DNA from: Oscillospiraceae bacterium
GTDB lineage: Bacteria; Bacillota; Clostridia; Oscillospirales; Ruminococcaceae
Direction of reading: 5' to 3'
NCBI GenBank assembly: GCA_047972265.1
Contig: JBKEAM010000046.1
Coordinates: 1,009-65,008 of the forward strand
Length of the DNA stretch: 64,000 nt
Position 1 is the first letter of the stretch; every line of letters begins with the position of its first letter. The notes beneath the pieces are model-generated. The model searched no databases. It was not told where the DNA came from and saw only the letters and a list, made by a program, of their open reading frames with translations. Below, piece by piece: positions 27,571 to 35,828 of the stretch. The position numbers were made by a program, and so were the translations under genes.

Positions 27571-28734
27571 TTATAAAATTTCTAGGTACAAATTTTTTGC
27601 ATCTTCGGCGGTGACAGGGCGGGGATTATTTACCAGCAAGCGCTGTACCTGCATGCCGGCTTCTACAAGGCCGTCCAAATCCTCACGGGGCACACCAAAC
27701 TCTTTAAGGCTGGTAGGAATGTTTAGGTGGCGCACAATATGCTCTAGCTGCTCAATTACCCAATCGGCCTTTTCTTGGTTGGTGTGTTTGTCTTTAATAT
27801 CATCATGGCAGCATCTGTTGTATACCTGCGCCAAACGCTCGCAGCAAAAAGGTGCGTTAAACCGCATTACAGGTGCCAGCAAAATGGCGTTAGATACGCC
27901 GTGCGCAATGTGGTATTTGCCACCCAGAGGATAGCTTAAGGCGTGTACGGCGGTGGTGCCCGACGAGGCAATGGCAAACCCCGCATAAAGCGCGGCAATT
28001 TGCATATTGTTTTTGGCATCCATGGCATCGGCATCATCGCAGGCGGGGATAATGTTGTTTAAAATAAGGTCAAGTGCTTCCAGCGCAAAAGTATCAGAAA
28101 AAGGGTTGGCTTTGTTGCTTGTATAGCACTCAATTGCATGGCACAATGCATCAACACCGGTGGCGGCCGCAATGGGGCGGGGAAGGCTTTTAATCATGCG
28201 AGCATCTAAAATAACATAGTCTGCAATCATGTGTTCGTTTACAATGCCTACCTTCAGTTCTTTTTCGGGCACGGCAACAATGGCGTTGGGGGTTACCTCG
28301 GCGCCGGTGCCTGCCGTGGTGGGAATCATAATGGCAGGCACACATTTTTTGGCAAGGCCGGGGGTATCTAGCAATTCTTTTACGCCATATTCGTCGGTTA
28401 CCAGCACACTGGCCAGCTTTGCGGCATCCATAACGCTGCCGCCGCCGCATGCAATAATCATATCTGCGCCACTTGCCTTAAACTGGTCTACAATTTTTTG
28501 AACATCGGTATAAGAGGGCTCGGCAGGGATTTCATCTAAAATATAATAGCTTGCGTCCGCATTTTTAATGGCGTTTTCGGATAGGGCAAGCAGGCCGCAG
28601 GCCCTAATGCCCTTATCGGTAAAAATTGCCACGTTTTTGCTGTTACTGCTTTTTAAAATGGTGGTAATGTTGTCTATTGCATTTTCGCCCCCGTATACAG
28701 CGTGAGGCATTTTTAAATTGTAAGCAGTTTGCAT
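27571..28734 (-). CDS. Iron-containing (group III) alcohol dehydrogenase
   Basis: ACGGGSVMDAAK, PTTAGTGAE, and His-rich metal-site segments HAIECY / HALSYPLGGKYHIAHG. Confidence 0.85.
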   Translation of the reverse strand: MQTAYNLKMPHAVYGGENAIDNITTILKSSNSKNVAIFTDKGIRACGLLALSENAIKNADASYYILDEIPAEPSYTDVQKIVDQFKASGADMIIACGGGSVMDAAKLASVLVTDEYGVKELLDTPGLAKKCVPAIMIPTTAGTGAEVTPNAIVAVPEKELKVGIVNEHMIADYVILDARMIKSLPRPIAAATGVDALCHAIECYTSNKANPFSDTFALEALDLILNNIIPACDDADAMDAKNNMQIAALYAGFAIASSGTTAVHALSYPLGGKYHIAHGVSNAILLAPVMRFNAPFCCERLAQVYNRCCHDDIKDKHTNQEKADWVIEQLEHIVRHLNIPTSLKEFGVPREDLDGLVEAGMQVQRLLVNNPRPVTAEDAKNLYLEIL

Positions 28735-28784
28735 TTTGTATCACTCCTATTGATAGAACCAGATAAAATTGCTTGTTTAAAAAA

Positions 28785-29948
28785 TTACTTTGTGCCCTCG
28801 CCAGAGGTGGGGTTGTATACGCCCACCTGCTCGCGCTTTTTGCCAATAACGTCATCTTCGGTAAAGCTTACATATTTTATGCATTTGCGGGTATAAGCGG
28901 CATAGGTAAGGTGCAGCCTGCCATCGGCGCTTTGTATTAAATAGGGGTATTCGTACTGTTTATTGTTGGTTTTGTTTTCTTCGCCAACATATCCTTCGCC
29001 GCGCTCCATCCAGCGGATGAGAGGAAAAGTTAAGCCGCCATCCTCCGAAAGTGCCACGGCAACCGGGCACCGTAAACCGGGCCATGCAGCCTTACCGGGC
29101 ATTGGGTTGGGGGTGCAGGTAGGGTTGTGCGCTACGGCAACGCGGCCGCTGTTGGTGCGTATGGCGCTGATGGAGGAGTTGTTGTTGGGCAGTGGGGTGG
29201 GTTTTGGCACAGACCATGTTTCGCCCCAATCCAAAGATTCGCTCCGGTACACATTGTCGGCTTCGCGGCTGCGCATAAATGCGGTTAGGTGGCCATTGTC
29301 CAGTTCTACCACTGTGGGATGAACCCGCCCGCGGCTGCCCGGCATTTCTACCATGCGCCAGGTTTTGCCCTGGTCATCGGATATTTGAAAAACACTGGGA
29401 TCTCCCGAAAGGCCCTCTTCCGAATCGGTGCATAGCCAGTTGCCAAAAATCCAGCGGCCATTTTTTAACACCTGTATGGGCTGGCGGCAAAAACTGCCCT
29501 CACGAGAAAACACGGTTTCGTAATCACCCCAAGTTAGGCCGCTGTCAAAGCTTTTTTGGCAGCGGATTTGAGAGGTAAACTGCATGTTGTCTTTGCCGGC
29601 CACACGGTCTAACTGGGCGGTGTACATACACCAAACGGCACCGTCGGGCCCGTAAAATAAAGAGGGGTTTTGTTCGCTGCGCTCGGGGTCTCCCGAAACG
29701 CTCACGGGTTCTGTCCAGTGGCCTGCCCCTTTGGGCAGGCGGGCGCAAACAATGTGCACGTCGGCGTCGCCCTCGTAGGTGCCGGCAAACCAACAGCAAA
29801 GCATGTCGCCGTTGGGTAGCTCTAACATAGCGGGAGAGTGGCAGGTGGCAAACGGGCCGGGGGGAATCATTGATTCTACAGTGCCCATGTCTTCGTTAAA
29901 AAAAATCTGACCATTTAAGTCTAGGCCCGGGAGTGTAGGATAGTTCAT
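28785..29948 (-). CDS. BNR/Asp-box beta-propeller protein (sialidase superfamily, BNR_2-like), cytoplasmic, no FRIP motif
   Basis: Asp-boxes SFDSGLTW, SDDQGKTW, SLDWGETW and SEDGGLTF. The N-terminus MNYPTLPGLDLNGQIFF is not a signal peptide. No RIP tripeptide anywhere. Confidence 0.75.
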   Translation of the reverse strand: MNYPTLPGLDLNGQIFFNEDMGTVESMIPPGPFATCHSPAMLELPNGDMLCCWFAGTYEGDADVHIVCARLPKGAGHWTEPVSVSGDPERSEQNPSLFYGPDGAVWCMYTAQLDRVAGKDNMQFTSQIRCQKSFDSGLTWGDYETVFSREGSFCRQPIQVLKNGRWIFGNWLCTDSEEGLSGDPSVFQISDDQGKTWRMVEMPGSRGRVHPTVVELDNGHLTAFMRSREADNVYRSESLDWGETWSVPKPTPLPNNNSSISAIRTNSGRVAVAHNPTCTPNPMPGKAAWPGLRCPVAVALSEDGGLTFPLIRWMERGEGYVGEENKTNNKQYEYPYLIQSADGRLHLTYAAYTRKCIKYVSFTEDDVIGKKREQVGVYNPTSGEGTK

Positions 29949-29966
29949 GTAAGATATACCTCCTGT

Positions 29967-31232
29967 TTATAATAGGTTGGCTGTATGGGAAAGGTTCTTT
30001 GCCAAAGATACAAATAAATCATGGTCTCCAAATCCGCCAGATTTTGAAATAATATGATAGGTTTTGCTGTTGTAAACAAATTTTGTTAAAACAACACCAG
30101 TGGCCATTTCTCCAAGCGGGGTTAGCTCTGTCACGCCCACTGCCTGCATTAATGCCAGCAGGGTATCGCCGCCGGTGCACAAAAGGGTGGCAAGCAGGCC
30201 GCTATCCAGCATTTTTTTTATCAGTGCGGCCAAATTAACCGAAATTCGCACCCGTAAATCTTCTAATGTAAGCCCGTTTTGGTCTGCATATATATCGGTG
30301 TCGTTTTGCCCCTCAGGGTCATTTACATCCAAAATAAATCTTTTTTCGGCAGCGGCTTGCGCAATCCATTGCTTTACGCAGGCATTTGCATCTTCGCGGT
30401 TTATCCAGCTTGCTTCTAACTTTTGGATTGGTGTTAGGTGCACCCGCCTAAAGCCATGTTCTTGCGCGGTTTTCATCTGTTGCAGGCTAACGGGGTTTAC
30501 GCTGCCGCAGGCCACAAACAGTGCTTGCTCCAGCGCCGGCAGCTGCGGAGGCTCTCCCTGCAAGTGGAGCATATCGGCTAAAACCGCAGCAAAGCCCGAG
30601 CATCCCGCGCTAAATTTTAATTGTTTCAGGCTTAGGGCGTTGCCTATGCGCAACAAATCTTCGTCAGTTTCTGCATCAAACAGTTGGATACCGGGAGTGG
30701 AAATTTTGTTTTTTTCTTTTTTGGGGTGCACTACCACCGGCACAGAGGTTTGCCGCCCCAAAATTTCTGCCACGTCAGAATCTAAAACGGGCTCAAAGGG
30801 GTCCTGTCCAAATACGCTTTGGGCAACAGGGATGCCGTCTATATAGTGAACGCCGCCTTTGGTAATGCGATTAAGCTTAGGAAGTGCCGGAATAAAGGGG
30901 AGGCTATCTACACCGGCCGCGTCCATCAGGGCGGCCAGTTCGCTGCCTGCGTTGCCCCGCAGGGCAGAATCGGTTTTGTTGTAAATGTAAGAAATACCGG
31001 ATTGTAAGGCTTTGTGGGCGGTGTTGTACACTATGCTGTAAGCCTGTTGCGGAGAAAGATGCCGCGTTTTTGTAACCATTACCAAAACTTCTACCGTTTT
31101 ATCAATCAAATCAAAATCGTAGTTAGGATCGGTAACTACGGTTGTAGAAGCCCCTTTGGATACAAATTGCACGCCGGTATCAAAAGCCCCTGTAAAATCA
31201 TCCGCAAGAACTAAAAGCTTTACCACAGACAC
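29967..31232 (-). CDS. Four-carbon acid-sugar kinase family protein (DUF1537)
   Basis: N-terminus LLVLADDFTGAFDTGVQF; 421 aa; C-terminal LLCTGGDT...SKSGGFG nucleotide-binding domain pattern. Confidence 0.8.
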   Translation of the reverse strand: MSVVKLLVLADDFTGAFDTGVQFVSKGASTTVVTDPNYDFDLIDKTVEVLVMVTKTRHLSPQQAYSIVYNTAHKALQSGISYIYNKTDSALRGNAGSELAALMDAAGVDSLPFIPALPKLNRITKGGVHYIDGIPVAQSVFGQDPFEPVLDSDVAEILGRQTSVPVVVHPKKEKNKISTPGIQLFDAETDEDLLRIGNALSLKQLKFSAGCSGFAAVLADMLHLQGEPPQLPALEQALFVACGSVNPVSLQQMKTAQEHGFRRVHLTPIQKLEASWINREDANACVKQWIAQAAAEKRFILDVNDPEGQNDTDIYADQNGLTLEDLRVRISVNLAALIKKMLDSGLLATLLCTGGDTLLALMQAVGVTELTPLGEMATGVVLTKFVYNSKTYHIISKSGGFGDHDLFVSLAKNLSHTANLL

Positions 31233-31289
31233 ACCCCTGAGTGTTTAATTTTAAAACAATTTGAAAAAGTTTAAAGATAAAATCGCTTT

Positions 31290-31310
31290 ATTATAGAGGT
31301 TTTGCAAACC
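31290..31310 (-). promoter_or_regulatory. Candidate -10 (TATAAT, minus strand) with adjacent 13-bp inverted repeat GGTTTTGCAAACC upstream of the acid-sugar operon
   Basis: The reverse complement of 31290-31295 is TATAAT. The repeat at 31298-31310 lies where the -35/-10 spacer would be. Confidence 0.3.
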
Positions 31311-31410
31311 TTTTTAACTTACTTCGTGTTTATTCTACAGGTTAAACTGCCTGTCTACAATCATTTATAAGTATTACAAGCGTACATATTTGAAACGATA
31401 GAAAAAAATA

Positions 31411-31439
31411 TTGATTATTTTTTGTGCAATCGGTATAAT
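31411..31439 (+). promoter_or_regulatory. Sigma-A promoter of the PrpR-like regulator gene
   Basis: TTGATT (31411-31416), 17 nt, TATAAT (31434-31439); AGAGG RBS and ATG at 31473 follow. Confidence 0.6.
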
Positions 31440-31472
31440 GTGTTCATAATTGAAACGCAATTAGAGGTGTTT

Positions 31473-33257
31473 ATGAAAAAGAGCGTTCGAGTTTTAGGCA
31501 TTGCCCCCTATGAGGGGATGAGAATACAAATGTTAAACCTAGCAGAAGAATATCCCCAGATGGATTTGACGGTATATGTGGGGGATATGGAGCAAGGCTT
31601 GGCAATTGTACAAAACAATTTTCACGGAGATTACGACGTGGTAATTTCCCGTGGTGCTACCGCCCAAATGTTGCGGCAGCATTTGGTAATTCCGGTGGTG
31701 GAAATTGACATTTCTATGTACGATATTTTGTGTGCAATAAAACTGGCAAACGGTTTAAAAGAAAAAACAGCCATGATATTTTTTGCCGATATACGTAACC
31801 AGGTAATGACTTTGTGCGATTTACTGGAGTGTGATACAGACATTTATACGCTGGACACGGTGGAGGATTTGGAGCCGACCCTGCACAGCATTCAGGATAA
31901 AGAGTACCAGGGGATTTTGTGTGATGTAATAGTAAATACTGCGGCCCAGCGCCTTGGCATCAACTCTTACCTTATTACCTCCGGTACAGACAGTATACGC
32001 AATGCATTTAACAGGGCACTTTTATTGTACGACAGCCAAAAGTACCTGCGAGATGAAAACCTGTTTTTTCAAGATTTGCTGCGGGGGCAAATTGGGCAAA
32101 CCCTGGTGTTTGACAGCCAGGGCAATCTGTTTTTGTCTACCTTGGATGACCCGGAACCGACCCTGCTGGAAATGCTGCGCCAGGAACTGCGCCAATCTCC
32201 GCAGGAAAAGGAGCGGAGGATTAACCGTTCTTTAAAAGGTATGCTTTATTCCATCCGGGTAAAAAAAATTATCAATGGCACCCTGCATTACACAGCTTTC
32301 TTTTTTGATGCCAGAAAGCTCCCTGTATCGCCCAGCCAAGTGGGGATTCATTTTTTAAGCAAGGCAGAAGCCGAGACAGCTTATTATAACAGTGTTTTTA
32401 GTTTTACAGGCAACTTGTATGGTTCTCAGCAAGAGTTTGAGCAGGTAAACCAAAGCACAGCCCCAGTTATACTTGCGGGTGAGGACGGAACAGGAAAAGC
32501 ATCAATTGTGAATATGTTGTATATTCGCGGGCCGCTGCAAAATAACCCCTTAGTGTCCATAGATTGCAGTTTAATGAACAGCCGCAGCTGGGCTTTTTTA
32601 ATGGAACACCACAACTCGCCTTTGGCAGACAAAGACAATTTGTTGTTTTTTAATAATGTAGATGTACTGCCAAAAGAGAGGCAGTATCAGTTAATTGCTG
32701 TGCTTACAGAGATGGATGTTTGCAGCCGCAATAGGGTAATGTTTTCTTGCGTATGCGAAAGCGGAGAGTATATTTCTAAGGCAGGGGCGCTTTTTCAGGA
32801 TAAACTTTCCTGTATTTCTTTATTTGTGCCACCTCTGCGGCAAATTTCTGAAAAAATCCCCACTTTAATGAACCTGTGTTTAAGCCACATGAACGTAAAT
32901 ATGCCGCGGCAAATTTTAGGGGCAGACCCCGAAGCTTTGTCTTTGCTGCAAAACTATAGGTGGCCACACAACTACACCCAGTTTAGGCGGGTTATTAATG
33001 AGCTGGCCATAACCAGCAGCGGCCAAATTATAACAGCCGAAAATGTGCGCCAGGTATTGCGTAAAGAAAGGCATGTAGGGGCCTTTTCATTTCAAAAAGA
33101 AAACGCAACCTCTCCGTTGGATTTAAACCGAACTTTGGCGGAAATTAGCCAGGATATTGCCCTTAGAGTAATTGACGAAACCAGCGGCAACCACACATCC
33201 GCCGCCAAACGCCTTGGCATTAGCCGCACAACCTTGTGGCGGCTAATGCAAAAGTAA
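31473..33257 (+). CDS. PrpR_N-domain / degenerate AAA+ / Fis-HTH transcriptional regulator (sigma-54 activator-like but probably sigma-54 independent)
   Basis: The N-terminus VRVLGIAPYEGM...DVVISRGATAQMLR...IPVVEIDISMYDIL matches the PrpR N-domain. Walker A GEDGTGKA. HNSPLADKDN stands in place of GAFTGA and LLFFNNV in place of the LFLDE Walker B. C-terminal HTH is AAKRLGISRTTLWRLMQK. Confidence 0.75.
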   Translation: MKKSVRVLGIAPYEGMRIQMLNLAEEYPQMDLTVYVGDMEQGLAIVQNNFHGDYDVVISRGATAQMLRQHLVIPVVEIDISMYDILCAIKLANGLKEKTAMIFFADIRNQVMTLCDLLECDTDIYTLDTVEDLEPTLHSIQDKEYQGILCDVIVNTAAQRLGINSYLITSGTDSIRNAFNRALLLYDSQKYLRDENLFFQDLLRGQIGQTLVFDSQGNLFLSTLDDPEPTLLEMLRQELRQSPQEKERRINRSLKGMLYSIRVKKIINGTLHYTAFFFDARKLPVSPSQVGIHFLSKAEAETAYYNSVFSFTGNLYGSQQEFEQVNQSTAPVILAGEDGTGKASIVNMLYIRGPLQNNPLVSIDCSLMNSRSWAFLMEHHNSPLADKDNLLFFNNVDVLPKERQYQLIAVLTEMDVCSRNRVMFSCVCESGEYISKAGALFQDKLSCISLFVPPLRQISEKIPTLMNLCLSHMNVNMPRQILGADPEALSLLQNYRWPHNYTQFRRVINELAITSSGQIITAENVRQVLRKERHVGAFSFQKENATSPLDLNRTLAEISQDIALRVIDETSGNHTSAAKRLGISRTTLWRLMQK

Positions 33258-33337
33258 GCGGGTGAAGATAAAGAAGAAAAAGGCAAAAGCAGATTTGCCT
33301 TAAAAGGTTTATGGTTGTAAAAATAAATAACATATAA

Positions 33338-33377
33338 AAAGAAACGCCCTCTTTGCAGATGTGGCGTTTCTTTTTAT
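33338..33377 (+). terminator. Rho-independent terminator after the regulator gene
   Basis: AAAGAAACGCC-14 nt-GGCGTTTCTTT followed by TTAT. Confidence 0.75.
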
Positions 33378-33629
33378 ATGGATTAAAGACAGGCATATAA
33401 TTTTGTTTTAGCAGTTCGACATAGAATAAACAATGCGAAAATTACAATTCCTCTTATTAGTGTTTTTGAAAATTAGACAAGAAGCCTTTTGTTGCTAAAA
33501 ACTCTTTATGTATGGTTAAAAGGTGTTTTACAATTGGAGTATAATAGAAATAGAATATTTATATGTAGTATAGGTATACTATAAGCAAAAGAACCCTATT
33601 TAAGCGGGATTATAACGAAAGGTGAAGAA

Positions 33630-34976
33630 GTGAAAATAAATCTCCCCCCACACGTAGCGTTTATACTAAAAAGCTTAAACAGTAAAGGGCATGAGGCATT
33701 TGCTGTTGGCGGCTGCGTGCGTGATAGTATAATGGGAAAGTCACCCCATGACTGGGATATTTGCACCTCGGCTTTGCCGCAGCAAACAATGGAGTGTTTT
33801 GCTGGTTTTACTGTTTTACCGTCGGGTTTGCAGCATGGTACGGTAACACTGATACTGGAGAAAATCCCTTACGAAATTACCACTTATCGTATAGATGGAG
33901 AGTATGCAGGGCACCGCCGCCCCCAGCAGGTGGTTTTTACGCAGGATATTGAGCAAGACCTTGCCCGGCGGGATTTTACCATGAATGCTATGGCTTATTC
34001 CTCGGGTGCAGGGCTTATTGTCCCCTTTGGTGGGGTAACCTCTATTAAAAACAAAGAGATAAAATGTGTGGGGCTGGCTGCGGCCCGTTTTGAAGAGGAT
34101 GCCCTGCGTGTTTTACGTGCTCTTCGGTTTGCCTCGGTATTGGGGTTTAAAATAGAAGAAAATACCCAAAAAGCCATTTGGGACAAATACAGCTTGTTAA
34201 GCGAAATTTCGGCAGAGCGCATTTCGCAAGAGTTTATGCAAATGCTGCTAGGGGCCTATGTTTTGCCGGTACTGCTGCAATATAAAGAGGTAATTGCACA
34301 GTTTATACCCGAAATTACCCCTATGTTTAATATGCAGCAGCATAACCCACACCATTTGTACGATGTTTGGGAACATACGACGCGTGCAATAGCCGCTGCA
34401 CCGGCACAAAAAAGTGTGCGTTTGGCTATGCTTTTTCATGATATGGGTAAGCCCCAAACCTTTACCATAGGGCAGGATGGGGTAGGGCATTTTTATAAAC
34501 ACCATCGCTTTAGCGCAGAAATGGCAAAAAGCTGTATGCGCCGTTTGCGCTTTAGTAATGCATTGATAGAAGAAGTGGCCGAGCTTGTGTATTACCACGA
34601 TGCAACCATTTTGCCGCAGCACAGGTATGTGCGTAAATGGTTAAACCGCATGGGAGAAAATCGACTATTGCTTCTGCTAGAGGTAAAGCGGGCCGATGTA
34701 CTTGGTAAGGGTACCGCAGAGATGGAAGAAAACCTAGCAGAAATTAATAACATAGAGGCCGTGGTGCAGGAAGTGCTGCAAAGCCAACAGTGCTTTAGGC
34801 TAAAAGATATGGCGGTGAACGGAAAAGATTTAATGTCTCTTGGCTTGCCAGCCGGAATAGAAATTGGCCTATTGCTTAATGCACTTTTGGCAAAGGTTAT
34901 AAACGAAGAATTGCCCAATGACAAGCAGGCGCTGATGCAATATGCGCAAAAAAAAGTGGAAGAGAATAAAAAATAA
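33630..34976 (+). CDS. cca: CCA-adding tRNA nucleotidyltransferase with HD domain
   Basis: GHEAFAVGGCVRDSIMGK, RDFTMNAM, EDALRVLRALRF, and the HD segment LFHDMGKP. Confidence 0.85.
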   Translation: MKINLPPHVAFILKSLNSKGHEAFAVGGCVRDSIMGKSPHDWDICTSALPQQTMECFAGFTVLPSGLQHGTVTLILEKIPYEITTYRIDGEYAGHRRPQQVVFTQDIEQDLARRDFTMNAMAYSSGAGLIVPFGGVTSIKNKEIKCVGLAAARFEEDALRVLRALRFASVLGFKIEENTQKAIWDKYSLLSEISAERISQEFMQMLLGAYVLPVLLQYKEVIAQFIPEITPMFNMQQHNPHHLYDVWEHTTRAIAAAPAQKSVRLAMLFHDMGKPQTFTIGQDGVGHFYKHHRFSAEMAKSCMRRLRFSNALIEEVAELVYYHDATILPQHRYVRKWLNRMGENRLLLLLEVKRADVLGKGTAEMEENLAEINNIEAVVQEVLQSQQCFRLKDMAVNGKDLMSLGLPAGIEIGLLLNALLAKVINEELPNDKQALMQYAQKKVEENKK

Positions 34977-35019
34977 AAAGAACTCTTGCAGTTGTAAACA
35001 CAAAGCAGGAGTTCTTTTT
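34976..35019. terminator. Bidirectional terminator between cca and the HpcH aldolase gene
   Basis: AAAAGAACTCTTGC...GCAGGAGTTCTTTT, a stem with one mismatch. Confidence 0.7.
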
Positions 35020-35067
35020 AAATAGTATAAAGTAAGGTTTTATTTTTTTATACAGGCAAAAGCAAAA

Positions 35068-35823
35068 TTAAAATTCTTTTACAATGTTTTTAGACGCCTT
35101 TAGCAACATACCCACTTCGCTGTCGCAGCTAAATACGCTCATGCCCTGGCTGCGGCAATCCTGCAAAAATGGGATATTGCCAGAGATAATGCCGCTTGGC
35201 TTGCCAGCCTTGGCGGCACCGGCAATAACGGCGGTAATGTTCTTTTTCATTAAATCGGTGCCAAAATTGCCGGGGGTTTTGCAGTCTGCTGCCAAATCGT
35301 TGGGGCCAATCATAATGGCATCCACGCCCTCTACGGCAGCAATTTCGTCAATATTGGCAACACCCTCGTTGGTTTCTATCTGGGGCAAAATTACTGTATG
35401 TTGGTTGGCAAAAGCCATGTATTCCTCTAGGGGTGGCGGTGCATAGTTGGTGTGGATGCGCTGTGTAGAAATACCGCGTTGGCCAAGAGGCGCATACTTT
35501 GCATATTTTACAACGGTTTCAATATCTTCTTTTGTGCTTACCATAGGTACCAAAAGGCCGTCTGCGCCCATATCCAAATATTTGGTAATTACTTCGCGCT
35601 TTATTTCGGGTATGCGAACAACAACCGGAAAATTAGCGCCTTTTGCCACGCCTATAATTGCGGCTACCTGTGGGTAATCAAAATAACCGTGCTCGCAATC
35701 TACAATTAAAAAAGAAAAACCACCGGCAGAAAGTACGCGTGCTACATTAGGGGTAGCAAGCTCGCTTAACATGGTACCCAATACAAACTGCTTATTTAAA
35801 ATACGCTCTTTTAACAGGTTCAT
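35068..35823 (-). CDS. HpcH/HpaI-family class II (metal-dependent) 2-keto-3-deoxy-acid aldolase
   Basis: FLIVDCEHG, VVRIP, YLDMGADGLLVPMV, PQIETNEGV, IMIGPNDL. ATG at 35823 after GGAGGAG. Confidence 0.8.
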   Translation of the reverse strand: MNLLKERILNKQFVLGTMLSELATPNVARVLSAGGFSFLIVDCEHGYFDYPQVAAIIGVAKGANFPVVVRIPEIKREVITKYLDMGADGLLVPMVSTKEDIETVVKYAKYAPLGQRGISTQRIHTNYAPPPLEEYMAFANQHTVILPQIETNEGVANIDEIAAVEGVDAIMIGPNDLAADCKTPGNFGTDLMKKNITAVIAGAAKAGKPSGIISGNIPFLQDCRSQGMSVFSCDSEVGMLLKASKNIVKEF

Positions 35824-35828
35824 AATAA

